From Candidatus Marinacidobacterales bacterium (GTDB taxonomy: Bacteria; Acidobacteriota; Vicinamibacteria; Marinacidobacterales; DATDRI01), in assembly GCA_965226495.1 (NCBI GenBank), contig OZ245365.1, positions 2,592,001-2,656,000 on the forward strand: a stretch of 64,000 bases of DNA, read 5' to 3'. This document shows, in pieces, positions 17,419 through 27,202 of this stretch. Made by a program: the position numbers and the translations under genes. The notes beneath the pieces were generated by a model that was not told where the DNA came from, ran no database searches, and saw only the letters and a list, made by a program, of their open reading frames with translations. Each line of letters starts with the position of its first letter. The stretch's first letter is position 1.

Positions 17419-19527
17419 ATGATCGGGACCACTGTCACCCACTATCACATTACCGCCAAGCTCGGCCAAGGCGGCATGGGTGACGTCTATCGAGCGACCG
17501 ATCAGAAGCTCGGGCGTGAGGTGGCGCTCAAGGTACTACCCGACGAGATGGCGTCGAGCCCGGAAAGGTTGGACCGATTTAGGCGTGAAGCCAAAGCTCT
17601 CGCCGCTTTGGACCACCCGGGTATCGTCAGTGTGTTTTCCGTCGAAGAGGCCGTGGAGATGGGACCCGACGGCCTTGAAAGAAGAATTCACTTCTTGACG
17701 ATGCAGTTGGTCGAGGGCCGGTCCCTCGACAAGGTCATTCCGGACGGGGGGCTGCCACTTGAAACGCTCCTCAGTTATGCAACGGCGCTCACCGACGCTT
17801 TGGCGGCCGCTCACGAGAAAGGGATCGTACATCGCGACTTGAAGCCGGCGAACGTCATTGTCACCGACGGCGGACGATTGAAGGTCTTGGACTTCGGTCT
17901 GGCGAAGATCACGGCGCCACCAGACGAGAGGCTCGCCGACTCGGAGGCGCCGACCGACCTTCAGACGCGAGAAGGGGTCGTCATGGGGACGGTTCCCTAC
18001 ATGTCGCCGGAACAGCTCTCGGGCCGGACGGTCGATCATCGATCGGACATCTTCTCGCTCGGCATCCTTCTTTATGAGATGGCCGCGGGGCGGCGGCCTT
18101 TCGAGGGACGGTCTGGGGTGGAGCTCGGGTCTTCGATCCTTCGGGATACTCCTCCGCCGCTCAGCAGGGTGCGGCCGGACTTGCCGGCGGAGCTCGAGCG
18201 GGTCCTCTCGCGCTGCCTGGAGAAGGAACCCGCAACGCGGTATCAGAGCGCGTCAGAACTTTTGGAGGCGTTGGCGGCCCTCGGTCGCGGCGAGGAATCG
18301 AAGCCCCCGACCGGTCCGTCTCTTTCCCCGCCGCCGGGTCCGTCGATCGCGGTACTCCCCTTTCGAAATCAAAGCGGAGATCCGGAGCAGGAGGCGTTCG
18401 CTGCTGGAATTACCGAGGACATCATTGGTGGACTCTCGCAGAGTGGCCTTCTCTTCGTCATGGGGAGCAGTGCAACGGAACGCTACCGTAGTAAGACCGT
18501 CGATGTCCGGGAGATCGGCCGAGAGCTCGAGGCGCGCTACGTGCTACAAGGGGCCGTCCGGAAGGCTGGCGATCGGCTTCGCGTTTCGGCGCAGCTCGTT
18601 GACGCGTCGACTGGGATACAGGTGTGGTCGCAGAAGTACGATCGGAACCTATCCGCCAGTGACGTCTTCGATGTCCAGGACGAGATCCGCGAGCAAATCG
18701 TCGCGACGATCAGCGACGTCCATGGAATCATCTACTCAACCGGCCTCGAGGAAGCGCGGAGTCGCCCCACCGAGAATCTGGACGCCCATGAATGCGTCTA
18801 TGTGGCGCTAGCGTATGATAAAAAAATTAGCCCGGAGAACCACCTCCGTGCACGCGAAAGCTTGGAGCGTGCGGTCGAGTTGGATCCAGACTACTCCCTC
18901 GCCTGGGGCTATTTGTCTTGGATCTACACGGATGAGTACGTCTACGGCTTCAATGCCCTGCCCGATTCCATGCCCCGGGCGCTCGCAGCCGCCCGTCGCG
19001 CGGTCGATCTCTCCCCCAGGAACCACATAAACCGCTGGTTGCTATCGCGCGTCTACTTCTTCCGCCGGGAGCCCAGCCAGTTCTTCGCCGAGGCCGAGAA
19101 ATCGCTCGAGCTGCACTCGAGCGAAGGTACGACCCTGGGTCTCATTGGCGTGTATACCGCGTACGCCGGGAAATGGGATCGGGGACTCGCGCTGATGCGC
19201 AAGGCGGTCGTCCTGAACCCTCATCATCCTGGTTACTACTACATGGTTTTCGGCGCCGCCCACCTTCGCCAAGGCAAGTATGAAGAAGCGCTTCTCGAAT
19301 ACGAGAAGATGGATCTTCCGGGTTTTTTTCTGGCTCAGATCCCCCTAGTGGCAGTAAACGCGCACCTCCGGCGGGAGAGAGAAACGCAAGCGGCAATGGC
19401 ACAGCTTCTCGAGCTTCGTCCCGGCTACAATCTCGAGCAGTGCGCGGAGGACCTCCGTCGCTTCGGGTTTCCCAAAGATGTCGGGGAACCGCTGCTCAAA
19501 GGGTTGCGGATGGCGGGGTTGCCCTAA
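17419..19527 (+). CDS. Hanks-type Ser/Thr protein kinase with TolB-N-like and TPR domains
   Basis: LGQGGMGDVY, VALKVL, HRDLKPAN, DFGLAK, YMSPEQ, then SIAVLPF and TPR helices. Confidence 0.95.
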   Translation: MIGTTVTHYHITAKLGQGGMGDVYRATDQKLGREVALKVLPDEMASSPERLDRFRREAKALAALDHPGIVSVFSVEEAVEMGPDGLERRIHFLTMQLVEGRSLDKVIPDGGLPLETLLSYATALTDALAAAHEKGIVHRDLKPANVIVTDGGRLKVLDFGLAKITAPPDERLADSEAPTDLQTREGVVMGTVPYMSPEQLSGRTVDHRSDIFSLGILLYEMAAGRRPFEGRSGVELGSSILRDTPPPLSRVRPDLPAELERVLSRCLEKEPATRYQSASELLEALAALGRGEESKPPTGPSLSPPPGPSIAVLPFRNQSGDPEQEAFAAGITEDIIGGLSQSGLLFVMGSSATERYRSKTVDVREIGRELEARYVLQGAVRKAGDRLRVSAQLVDASTGIQVWSQKYDRNLSASDVFDVQDEIREQIVATISDVHGIIYSTGLEEARSRPTENLDAHECVYVALAYDKKISPENHLRARESLERAVELDPDYSLAWGYLSWIYTDEYVYGFNALPDSMPRALAAARRAVDLSPRNHINRWLLSRVYFFRREPSQFFAEAEKSLELHSSEGTTLGLIGVYTAYAGKWDRGLALMRKAVVLNPHHPGYYYMVFGAAHLRQGKYEEALLEYEKMDLPGFFLAQIPLVAVNAHLRRERETQAAMAQLLELRPGYNLEQCAEDLRRFGFPKDVGEPLLKGLRMAGLP

Positions 19528-19538
19528 GCGTTCGATAG

Positions 19539-19916
19539 CTAGTCCAGCACGATAGCATCGCCCTTTCGCACGATCCCTTCCACCAAAACAGCGCCGTACA
19601 CGCCGGCCATCCCTTTGTGGGCTTTGGCGACCGTCCGCAGGACCTCAGGATTGGATTCAGCCGTGTCGGGATCCAATGTGATCATCTTGCACCGCGGGTC
19701 GCGCTCGAGAATCGAGAGCACCGCCTTCGATCCGCTCCGAAGCGAGCGTCCGATGAAAGTATCCTCACCGAAGCCCCCGGCAGATTCCAGATCTACATAA
19801 ATGTTGGCGCGGAAACGCCGCGGGTCGACATCGTCGCCGATCTCCTCACCGAGTTGTCGGGCCGTTTGGACCGAGAACATCGACACCGGACGGCAATCCG
19901 TCATCGCCCGGTCCGC
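19539..19916 (-). pseudogene. 5'-truncated MOSC-domain protein
   Basis: DPRRFRANI, DPRCKMITLDP, GVYGAVLVEG..GD are present. The N-terminal barrel is missing. Confidence 0.75.
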
Positions 19917-20422
19917 GGGGCGGACCGGTTCTATGCTATTGACATGATCCGGTTAGAAGGATGGGCATTCTGGCTCGAAGAAATGATGATGCACGCGGGC
20001 TATCTCGATACCCGTCCCCAGCGGGCTCGTGAGATCGCCTACTGGCAGGCGGCGTTCCGCACCTGCCGCGCCATCGCCGACCTTAAGATGCACAGCAATG
20101 AATTCTCTCTTCAGGAAGCGATCGATTACGCCGTTGACTGCGCCCCTAACGGTTGGCTCATCCCCCAACAGCCCCCATGCCTGGTATGAAATGCAGACCA
20201 ACCTCCGCTACGTTGGATGGCACATGGGAATGGTCATCGGGAATGGTCATCGGCAAGCTCTCCATAAACCACATGATCGCCGAACGCGTACGGCAGGTGG
20301 GTGACGAGTTCAGTTATGAGGAATTCTTCGAGGAGTTTTTCTCTGCCGGTATCATCCCACTCTCACTCATCCGATGGCAGATGACCGGCCTCGATGACGA
20401 AATGCAAGTTCTGCTTCGATAG
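19908..20422 (+). pseudogene. 5'-truncated, frameshifted DUF885-family protein C-terminus
   Basis: EGWAFWLEEMM..RAIADLKMH..GKL..GIIPLSLIRW spans three frames. Breaks occur at a C-run (~20162-20166) and at a 13-bp tandem duplication GGGAATGGTCATC (20226-20251). Confidence 0.75.
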
Positions 20423-20430
20423 GTGACTTC

Positions 20431-20602
20431 AACGGTTGTTGTCTCTTCGGTCGTCCTTTGGGTATTCGTTCTTGTCGACGGGCGACGTTTGAAAATGAGA
20501 CACCTTTGGGCACCAATCGCTGCCACTCTCACCGTGGGGGTTTCGCTCGGCTTGCCTCTTTTCCTATATATGCGAGAAGCGAGACTCGCCCGGTCAGCGT
20601 AG
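20431..20602 (+). pseudogene. 5'-truncated DUF2834-like membrane protein
   Basis: VVSSVVLWVFVLVDGRRLKMRHLWAPIAATLTVGVSLGLPLFLYMRE*, with no start or N-terminal half. Confidence 0.6.
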
Positions 20603-20711
20603 CGGGTCCTACCGGTTGAAATCGCTTGCGAGGAAATAATAAGATCCGCTCCGGACAACAAACGAGGGAGTCGAATGACGACGAATAGCTACCGTGGAGA
20701 AGGAGAATAGG

Positions 20712-21125
20712 ATGAAACGAGAATCGGTGAATCCCTGGGATTGGGGTCTGAAATGGAGTATGGATCAGGGACAGATCGTAGAGGGTGCCACGCGGCATCT
20801 TCACTGCTCGGGGCAAGTCGCGCTCAAGCCGGATCCGGAGGCGGAGCACGGTGTTTCCGTGGTTTCTCCGGGGGACATTCGTGGACAAATGGAATCCTCT
20901 CTAGCCAACATCGATGCGGTACTGGCCAAAGCGAACATGAGCCGCAAGAACATCGTTGGCCTGCGATTCTTTACGACCGACATCGATGGATTTCTCGCCA
21001 ACTACGACGTCTACGCGAATTGGATTGCAGAGGCGGGAACCAGACCGCCTCAGTCGTTGCTCGGAATCCAGCGACTTGTTTTTCCCGAGCTCATGGTCGA
21101 GATCGAAGCCGAGGCGGCGGCATAG
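20712..21125 (+). CDS. RidA/YjgF family protein
   Basis: CSGQVAL, LANIDAVL, LVFPELMVEIEAEA. Confidence 0.88.
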   Translation: MKRESVNPWDWGLKWSMDQGQIVEGATRHLHCSGQVALKPDPEAEHGVSVVSPGDIRGQMESSLANIDAVLAKANMSRKNIVGLRFFTTDIDGFLANYDVYANWIAEAGTRPPQSLLGIQRLVFPELMVEIEAEAAA

Positions 21126-21145
21126 AGCAGACTACGGAGGTCAAC

Positions 21146-21496
21146 ATGATCAACGGTGCGCATTCGATCATCTACAGCAAGAGTCCTGATGAGGATCGCG
21201 CATTCTTGTGCGATGTCTTGAAGCTCCCGAATGTCGACGTCGGAGACGGATGGCTCATCTTTGGATTGCCCCCAGCCGAGGTGGCTGTGCATCCTTCCGA
21301 GAAGAACGACGTGCACGAGTTCTATTTCATGTGCGACGACGTCCAGGCGCTTATCGCGGAGATGGAAAAGCAAAAGATCGGCTGTAGTGAGGTGCAGCAC
21401 CTAGGCTGGGGTTTGCTCACACATGTCACTCTGCCGGGTGGTGGTAAACTCGGGATCTATCAAGCACGGCACGCTCGGCCGGAGAGTCGAAACTGA
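21146..21496 (+). CDS. VOC/glyoxalase (extradiol dioxygenase-like) family protein
   Basis: MINGAHSIIYS..DRAF..GWLIF.LPPAEVAVHP..GWG..LPGGG.LGIYQ. GGAGG RBS precedes ATG 21146. Confidence 0.85.
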   Translation: MINGAHSIIYSKSPDEDRAFLCDVLKLPNVDVGDGWLIFGLPPAEVAVHPSEKNDVHEFYFMCDDVQALIAEMEKQKIGCSEVQHLGWGLLTHVTLPGGGKLGIYQARHARPESRN

Positions 21497-23007
21497 TGAG
21501 CCTTTCCCGACGTCGGCTGTTGGCTCTAATGGGCGGGAGCGTCCTTGCCTCCTGCTCTTCCGATTCAATGATGGATTCCCAGACGCCTGGCGACGTCGAT
21601 GCCGAAACACTCCCGTTCGCCAGTCTGAGGGACGTCGCGCGCTTGATCGAAGCGAAGCGCATTTCCCCCGTCGAGCTTACTCAAATGATGCTCGACCGGA
21701 TCGCGGTCGTCGACCGCCGACTCAGAAGCTACGCAACGGTGATGGCCGACCACGCTCTGGCCGCAGCCCGTGTGGCCGAACAGGAAATTCACGCGGGAAA
21801 CTACCGCGGACCGCTTCATGGTGTCCCCATTGCAGTCAAAGATCTCTGCTACACGAAAGGTGTCCGCACCATGGGAGGGCTTGGCGTCTTGGCCGATTTC
21901 GTCCCAGACTACGACGCGACGGTCGTGTCGAAGCTCGAACAAGCAGGTGCGATTCTGCTGGGCAAGCTCAACATGACGGAAGGTGCGATGGCCGGGTACC
22001 ACCCAGATTTCGACATACCCGTGAACCCCTGGCGAGATGACCTGTGGGCGGGGGCTTCTTCGAGCGGGTCGGGCGTCGCGACCGCGGCCGGCCTCTGCTT
22101 CGCCTCTCTCGGTTCGGATACTGGAGGATCGATTCGTTTCCCTTCGATGACCAACGGAATCGTTGGCCTCAAGCCGACGTACGGTCGGGTGAGTCGGTAC
22201 GGCGTACTGGTCCTGGCCGCGTCATTGGATCACGTGGGACCGATGACCCGTCGTACCGCCGACGCAGCCATTGTTTTGGAGGCGATCGCAGGCTTCGATC
22301 CGAACGACCCGACATCGCTGGAAGCACCGGTTCCGAACATGCTCCAAGGGCTCGCCCGCGGCGTTGACGGCGTGACCATCGGTTTCGATCGGAGGTTTGC
22401 CACCGCAGGCGTCGACCCCGCTCTCGTCGCATCGATGGACGAAGCACTCGCCCAGTTGGAGCGATTGGGTGCAGAAGTGCGCGAGGTGGAGCTGCCCGAG
22501 TGGACGGATGAAATTCAACAAGCGTGGTTCACGATTTGCGCTTCCGAGGCTCGCGTCGCCCACGAAGCCAACTATCCCTCCCGCGCAAACGAATACGGAC
22601 AGTATCTTCGCGAGTTTCTTGCGCAGGCTTCAGACTTCACAGACGCGGACTACGCGGCCGCCAGCCAAATCCGCACCGAATTCAGCGACCGCTTCCGAGC
22701 CGCGTTGTTGAATGCGGATGCCATCGCGACCCCGGCTGGCGGTGTCCCGTTCGCCTTCTCCCAAGAATCGCAACGTGGTGGTATGGATCAATTCGATCGA
22801 TTGATTGAAAACCTCGAGCCGCGTTTCACTTTCCCGGCCGACTTCGCGGGCACGCCCACGATCTCCCTTCCTTGCGGATTCACAGAAGAGGGTCTGCCGC
22901 TCACGATTCAATTCATGGGTAGCGTACTGACTGAACCGATGCTGTGTCGGATAGGTCATGCCTACGAAGAAGCGACTGAGTGGCACGAGAAACATCCCGA
23001 CGTGTGA
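21496..23007 (+). CDS. Amidase, Tat-exported lipoprotein
   Basis: SRRRLL..LASC signal, LHGVPIAVKD, GASSSGSG, LGSDTGGSIRFPS. Confidence 0.94.
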   Translation: MSLSRRRLLALMGGSVLASCSSDSMMDSQTPGDVDAETLPFASLRDVARLIEAKRISPVELTQMMLDRIAVVDRRLRSYATVMADHALAAARVAEQEIHAGNYRGPLHGVPIAVKDLCYTKGVRTMGGLGVLADFVPDYDATVVSKLEQAGAILLGKLNMTEGAMAGYHPDFDIPVNPWRDDLWAGASSSGSGVATAAGLCFASLGSDTGGSIRFPSMTNGIVGLKPTYGRVSRYGVLVLAASLDHVGPMTRRTADAAIVLEAIAGFDPNDPTSLEAPVPNMLQGLARGVDGVTIGFDRRFATAGVDPALVASMDEALAQLERLGAEVREVELPEWTDEIQQAWFTICASEARVAHEANYPSRANEYGQYLREFLAQASDFTDADYAAASQIRTEFSDRFRAALLNADAIATPAGGVPFAFSQESQRGGMDQFDRLIENLEPRFTFPADFAGTPTISLPCGFTEEGLPLTIQFMGSVLTEPMLCRIGHAYEEATEWHEKHPDV

Positions 23008-23107
23008 CCATTCTGCCGGCAGCACGATAACGTCGCCAGGAGGTGGTCCCGTTCTCCGACCGGCTGCGGTAGAATACGGTCAGGCCCTTTGAGACAGGAG
23101 GTCGGAC

Positions 23108-23377
23108 CTGAAAACAATAGTGAATAAGACGCACGAACCCCTCAGGATTCCTTTGCCGCGGGGCAAGACCCTTCACCTGGGGCCTAGCCAGACCGGTCAA
23201 ATCGCAGATGAGCATCTAGAACACAAGCCGCTCGAACGTTTGATCGACGCCGGCAAAATCGAGTGCAAAGACGCCGTCTCCGCCAAAGGAGTTCAGCACG
23301 ACCGTGGACGATCTCCTCACGAGTCGACCCACGGCCATCAGGCTCGGGGTCCGTCGCAGGTCAAGGGCGACCGCTGA
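23108..23377 (+). CDS. Small hypothetical protein, probable CTG start
   Basis: ACAGGAGGT RBS is spaced correctly for CTG 23108 (KTIVNKTHEPLRIPLPRGKTLHLGP). The track start GTG 23120 is in the same frame. Confidence 0.6.
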   Translation: MKTIVNKTHEPLRIPLPRGKTLHLGPSQTGQIADEHLEHKPLERLIDAGKIECKDAVSAKGVQHDRGRSPHESTHGHQARGPSQVKGDR

Positions 23378-23442
23378 GGCGCGGTCGCGCCAGCGATGAT
23401 TCTTTCACGCCGATTTAAGAGATCTCTGGATCTGTCCTACGA

Positions 23443-23703
23443 TCAACGGTAGACGTCCTTCCGATGCCCGACCTTGACGACATAGACCAAGAGAGTCTCG
23501 TCCTCGATCGAATACACGATTCGATACTTGCCATGACGAAGTCGATACCTGTCCCGCCCGGATAGCTTTTCACAGCCTGGAGGTCGGGGATCGACGGCCA
23601 GGCCCCGGATCCGACGTACGATACGCTGGCGGTCGGCTTTTTTGTCGATGGCCTCGATTTCCTTGAGAGCCGAGGTCTTGATGAAGACCTTATATCTTTC
23701 CAC
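23443..23703 (-). CDS. Type II toxin, RelE/ParE family
   Basis: LAVDPRPPGCEKLSG..YRLRHGKYRIVYSI..VVKVGHRKDVYR. Confidence 0.93.
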   Translation of the reverse strand: MERYKVFIKTSALKEIEAIDKKADRQRIVRRIRGLAVDPRPPGCEKLSGRDRYRLRHGKYRIVYSIEDETLLVYVVKVGHRKDVYR

Positions 23704-23923
23704 GTCTCTTGAGATCTTTGACGACGCTCTCGAAGGGAAGATTGGGCTCGCGGGCGCGATCCTCGAAGGCCGATAGGTCTTCGGCGTCCTCGGCCAGCGC
23801 GAACTTCACAGCATCGTTCACTAGGTCCGAGATAGGCCGATCGGTCTCAGCGGCCTTCAGCCTTAGAGCCCGGTGGATCTCGGGGTTGAAATAAACCGTG
23901 GCGCGCTTCGGTTCCTCACTCAT
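23690..23923 (-). CDS. CopG/ribbon-helix-helix antitoxin
   Basis: KRATVYF.PEIHRALRLKAAETDRPISDLVNDAV..AEDAEDL. Overlaps the toxin start. Confidence 0.9.
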   Translation of the reverse strand: MSEEPKRATVYFNPEIHRALRLKAAETDRPISDLVNDAVKFALAEDAEDLSAFEDRAREPNLPFESVVKDLKRRGKI

Positions 23924-23958
23924 GCTAACATTTTAACGTTTAAACGTTGAAACGTCAA
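23921..23958 (-). promoter_or_regulatory. Leaderless TA promoter with an 8-bp-period operator array
   Basis: Minus strand reads TTGACG-17bp-TAAAAT-6nt-ATG. The + strand shows AACATTTT AACGTTTA AACGTTGA AACGTCAA. Confidence 0.75.
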
Positions 23959-24013
23959 GCCGTCCTGTGAGCCTTGGTGGACTTTTTTTCGGTACCGAAA
24001 TCTGAACATACTG

Positions 24014-25660
24014 TTACGTGGCGTCTTTGGCCTCAGCCAGCTCCGCCCGAGTAGCCCCCGCCGAGGCCAGCTCCACCAACTTCCCGTAGTAGTCCCGAGC
24101 CAATTCGGGCTTGCCGGCAGCCTTCGCCGCTCTTGCCGCTCCAAGATAAGTGTTGAAACGACGGGGTGCTTGGCTCATCGAAGCTTCATACTCCGCTAGA
24201 GCCTCCTCGGGACGGCCCATCTCCGCAAGCATGTCCCCTAGCTGCTCGTGCGCCGGAAGCACACGGCCCGGGCTGAGTCCGCTCTTATCGGTCTGACTTT
24301 CGAGCTCGGCCGCGGCGCGCATGAGTTCCACCGCGCGGTCCGATTCGTCCTTCGCCAGAGCGAGCCATGCCGTTGCTTGAAGCCTCAAGACCTCGGCGGT
24401 GTTGCGCGCCCAGACCATCTCGGCGCTTTGCATCTCACTTGCCAGCCGCTCGAGCTCGACCAGGTCGCGCTCTGCTTGTTCGGTCTGGCCACTGCGGGCC
24501 GCACCTACGACGCGCGCCCAGTAACGCAAAGCGACGGAGCCCCTAACCCAGTCGCTCCCACCCGCCTGCTCGGCAGCTTCGAGCGGCTCGAGGGAAGCGG
24601 CCGCTTCCCAATTACGTCTCTCGAACGCATATCGCACCGGGGCGGCGCCTGCGTTGAAGGCAATAACTCCGTTCCGCCAGTTCAGATTGTCTGTCGCGTT
24701 GATATCGTCGACGATAGCCCCCGCTTTCCCGTCCTCGCCTCGCTGCAAGTAGGCGTATACCAGATAGTCGAGTGCATGCATCTCGTTCATTTGCCCCTGG
24801 GCAACCCCGAAGCGTCGACCGCGCTCGCGCGCCGCTTCCGCGGAGCGGGTGTTCGCGTCGATGGAGTCCTCCCACATCCCCAGTTGAGTGAAGATGTGTC
24901 CCGACATGTGTAAAGCGTGCGGCATCGAGGTCGCGATGTCGAGGTAGCGGTGGGCGGCTTCGACCGCTCCATCGGCCAGCGCCGGATAGTCGTAACTATG
25001 GATGATGTAGTGGGCTAGTCCTGGATGGTTCGGCATATCGACGAATAGCGGCTCCAGCATACCGCCGGTTCGCTTCTGCACCGCATAAGTCTTGTCTGTC
25101 GGGTCCGCGTTACTCAGGAGAGCGAGCGCGTAGAAAATTTCGGCTTCCTTATCGTCCGGATTCTGCTCGTGCACCGTGGCCATCGCCTTTTCGTATCGGA
25201 TGGCGCGTGCCCGGTGCGGCGCGCCTGCTGGATCATCGAAGATCGTCCCAATCGCTTCGACGTAGAGTTTCTCCCGCTCGGTTGCCTCGAGGCTTCTTGC
25301 TTTTGCCACCGCGTCGGCACCCGATTTCAGCTCTTCGTCGCTCGGCGGCGCCCATAGAGGGTGGTAGTACGTCATGGCCACACCCCAAGCCGCCATCGCG
25401 CAGCCCGGATCCTCGGACGCAATCGTCTCGAACATTCCTCGCGCCTCGTCGAACTCGAACGAGTGGAGCGTGGCCACCGCACTGTCGAAGGCCACCTGGA
25501 CTTCTTCGGCGCAGGACGTCTCGAACCGCACATCCCCCACGACGTCCGCCGACTTCGCGCTTTCGCTAGGCGCGTCAACCTTCGTAGTCTCGGTACACGA
25601 TGCGAACACGAGCGAAAGGACGCAGACACTCGTCAATAACAAGCGGCTTGTTGCAAACAT
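24014..25660 (-). CDS. TPR-containing lipoprotein
   Basis: Lipobox VFASC; V.FETSC..F..AVATLHSF, HPGLAHYIIHSYD, PHALHMSGHIF; C-terminal TPRs. Confidence 0.85.
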   Translation of the reverse strand: MFATSRLLLTSVCVLSLVFASCTETTKVDAPSESAKSADVVGDVRFETSCAEEVQVAFDSAVATLHSFEFDEARGMFETIASEDPGCAMAAWGVAMTYYHPLWAPPSDEELKSGADAVAKARSLEATEREKLYVEAIGTIFDDPAGAPHRARAIRYEKAMATVHEQNPDDKEAEIFYALALLSNADPTDKTYAVQKRTGGMLEPLFVDMPNHPGLAHYIIHSYDYPALADGAVEAAHRYLDIATSMPHALHMSGHIFTQLGMWEDSIDANTRSAEAARERGRRFGVAQGQMNEMHALDYLVYAYLQRGEDGKAGAIVDDINATDNLNWRNGVIAFNAGAAPVRYAFERRNWEAAASLEPLEAAEQAGGSDWVRGSVALRYWARVVGAARSGQTEQAERDLVELERLASEMQSAEMVWARNTAEVLRLQATAWLALAKDESDRAVELMRAAAELESQTDKSGLSPGRVLPAHEQLGDMLAEMGRPEEALAEYEASMSQAPRRFNTYLGAARAAKAAGKPELARDYYGKLVELASAGATRAELAEAKDAT

Positions 25661-25752
25661 TTTAGGTCTCCTTGAAATCACCGGGCTTCAGGCACGGCGC
25701 ATCATAGATAACCGGGTGCAGGAGAGCAAGGGTGTGCTAGCGTAATGAGCTA

Positions 25753-26175
25753 ATGAGCGGTGAACGTATGAAACGGCGGATTAGCAGCGGAGCGCCCATC
25801 GAGGAAAAGGCCGCCTTTTCCCGAGCCGTTATTGAGGATGGCTGGATCTTCGTTTCAGGCTGCACCGGTGTCGATCCAAACAGCGGAAAGATATCGGACG
25901 ACGTCGAAGAGCAGGCCCGCGAGTGTTTCCGCTCTATCGAAGGCGCGCTCGGCGAAGCTGGGGCGAGTCTTCGCGACGTGGTGCGCGTCCGTTACTTCTT
26001 GACCGATCGCGCTCATGCGGAACGGCTCTACCCCATCTTCCGCGAATACTTCTCGGGCATCAGGCCCGCAGCAACGGCGGTCGTGTGTGCGCTTCCCGAC
26101 CCTCGAGCGCTAGTCGAGATTGAAGTCACCGCGAAGGTGCCAGAGTCCCCCGCGGAAGAAGGACAAAAGGCATGA
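25753..26175 (+). CDS. RidA family protein
   Basis: FSRAV..IFVSGCTG, DVVRVRY, RPAATAV..VEIEVTA. Confidence 0.9.
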   Translation: MSGERMKRRISSGAPIEEKAAFSRAVIEDGWIFVSGCTGVDPNSGKISDDVEEQARECFRSIEGALGEAGASLRDVVRVRYFLTDRAHAERLYPIFREYFSGIRPAATAVVCALPDPRALVEIEVTAKVPESPAEEGQKA

Positions 26176-26190
26176 GGAGTCTCATCGGAC

Positions 26191-27192
26191 ATGAAGCACG
26201 ATTACAAAGTTGAACGCCAGCCCATTGCCCGGCGCACGGTACTGAGCGGCGCCGCCGCCGGTTTGGTCGCCGCGGCCACTCCCCTCTTCGGCCAAGAAGC
26301 CACCCCGCCGGGTGTCAAGGGACCGCGGGTTTGGCTCGACCTGGATCAGAAGGAGCTCGATGACGCCTACGATCAGAGCGTCTACGCGCCGAACCTACGG
26401 CAGATCATCGGTCGGTGGATCACCAACAGCGAGGCCGTCCGCACGCGCTTGCCTACCCCGGAACGTCGATCCTACGGACCAACAAGTATCGAGGCTTTGG
26501 ACATCTATCGTACCGAACGTACGAACGCTCCCATCAATATTTACATTCATGGCGGCGGGTGGCGCTCCAGCGTTGCAAGCATGTATGCCTTCCCGGCCGA
26601 GCTCTTCGTCCATGCCGGCGCCCATTGGGTGGTGCCGGACTTCAACTCAGTCGACGATGTCGAAAGTAGTTTGATACCGCTAGCCGAGCAAGTACGCCGC
26701 GCGGTCGCATGGATTTACCGAAATGCCGAGAGCTTTGGTGGCGATCCGAACCGCATCTACGTTTCCGGCCATTCAGCGGGGGGACATCTGGCCGGCGTGA
26801 TCCTGACGACCGATTGGCAGAGGCTTTACGATCTGCCGCGGGACATCGTGAAGGGCGGTCTCTGCTGCAGTGGAATGTTTGATTTGGAACCCGTGCGGCT
26901 CTCGGCGCGGAGACACTACATCAAGTTCACCGACGAAATGGTGGAGACCTTGAGTCCCCAACGGAATCTCGACAAGCTCAGCGCCCCGGTGATCGTCGCC
27001 TACGGCTCGCTGGAGACCCCTGAATTTCAACGCCAAGCGCGAGACTTCGCGACCGCGGTGAAGGCTGCGGGCAAAGACGCGGAGCTTCTGGTCGCCGCTG
27101 GGTATAACCACTTCGAGGTCATCGAGACCCTGGGCAATCCCTATGGTGTCTTGGGCCGCGCGGTGCTGGAGCAGATGGGATTGAACGACTAA
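26191..27192 (+). CDS. Alpha/beta hydrolase, arylformamidase (kynurenine formamidase)-like, Tat-type signal
   Basis: HGGGW, GHSAGGHL, ETPEFQRQ, NHFE; ARRTVL twin-arginine. Confidence 0.85.
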   Translation: MKHDYKVERQPIARRTVLSGAAAGLVAAATPLFGQEATPPGVKGPRVWLDLDQKELDDAYDQSVYAPNLRQIIGRWITNSEAVRTRLPTPERRSYGPTSIEALDIYRTERTNAPINIYIHGGGWRSSVASMYAFPAELFVHAGAHWVVPDFNSVDDVESSLIPLAEQVRRAVAWIYRNAESFGGDPNRIYVSGHSAGGHLAGVILTTDWQRLYDLPRDIVKGGLCCSGMFDLEPVRLSARRHYIKFTDEMVETLSPQRNLDKLSAPVIVAYGSLETPEFQRQARDFATAVKAAGKDAELLVAAGYNHFEVIETLGNPYGVLGRAVLEQMGLND

Positions 27193-27202
27193 GCTGCTAG
27201 GG

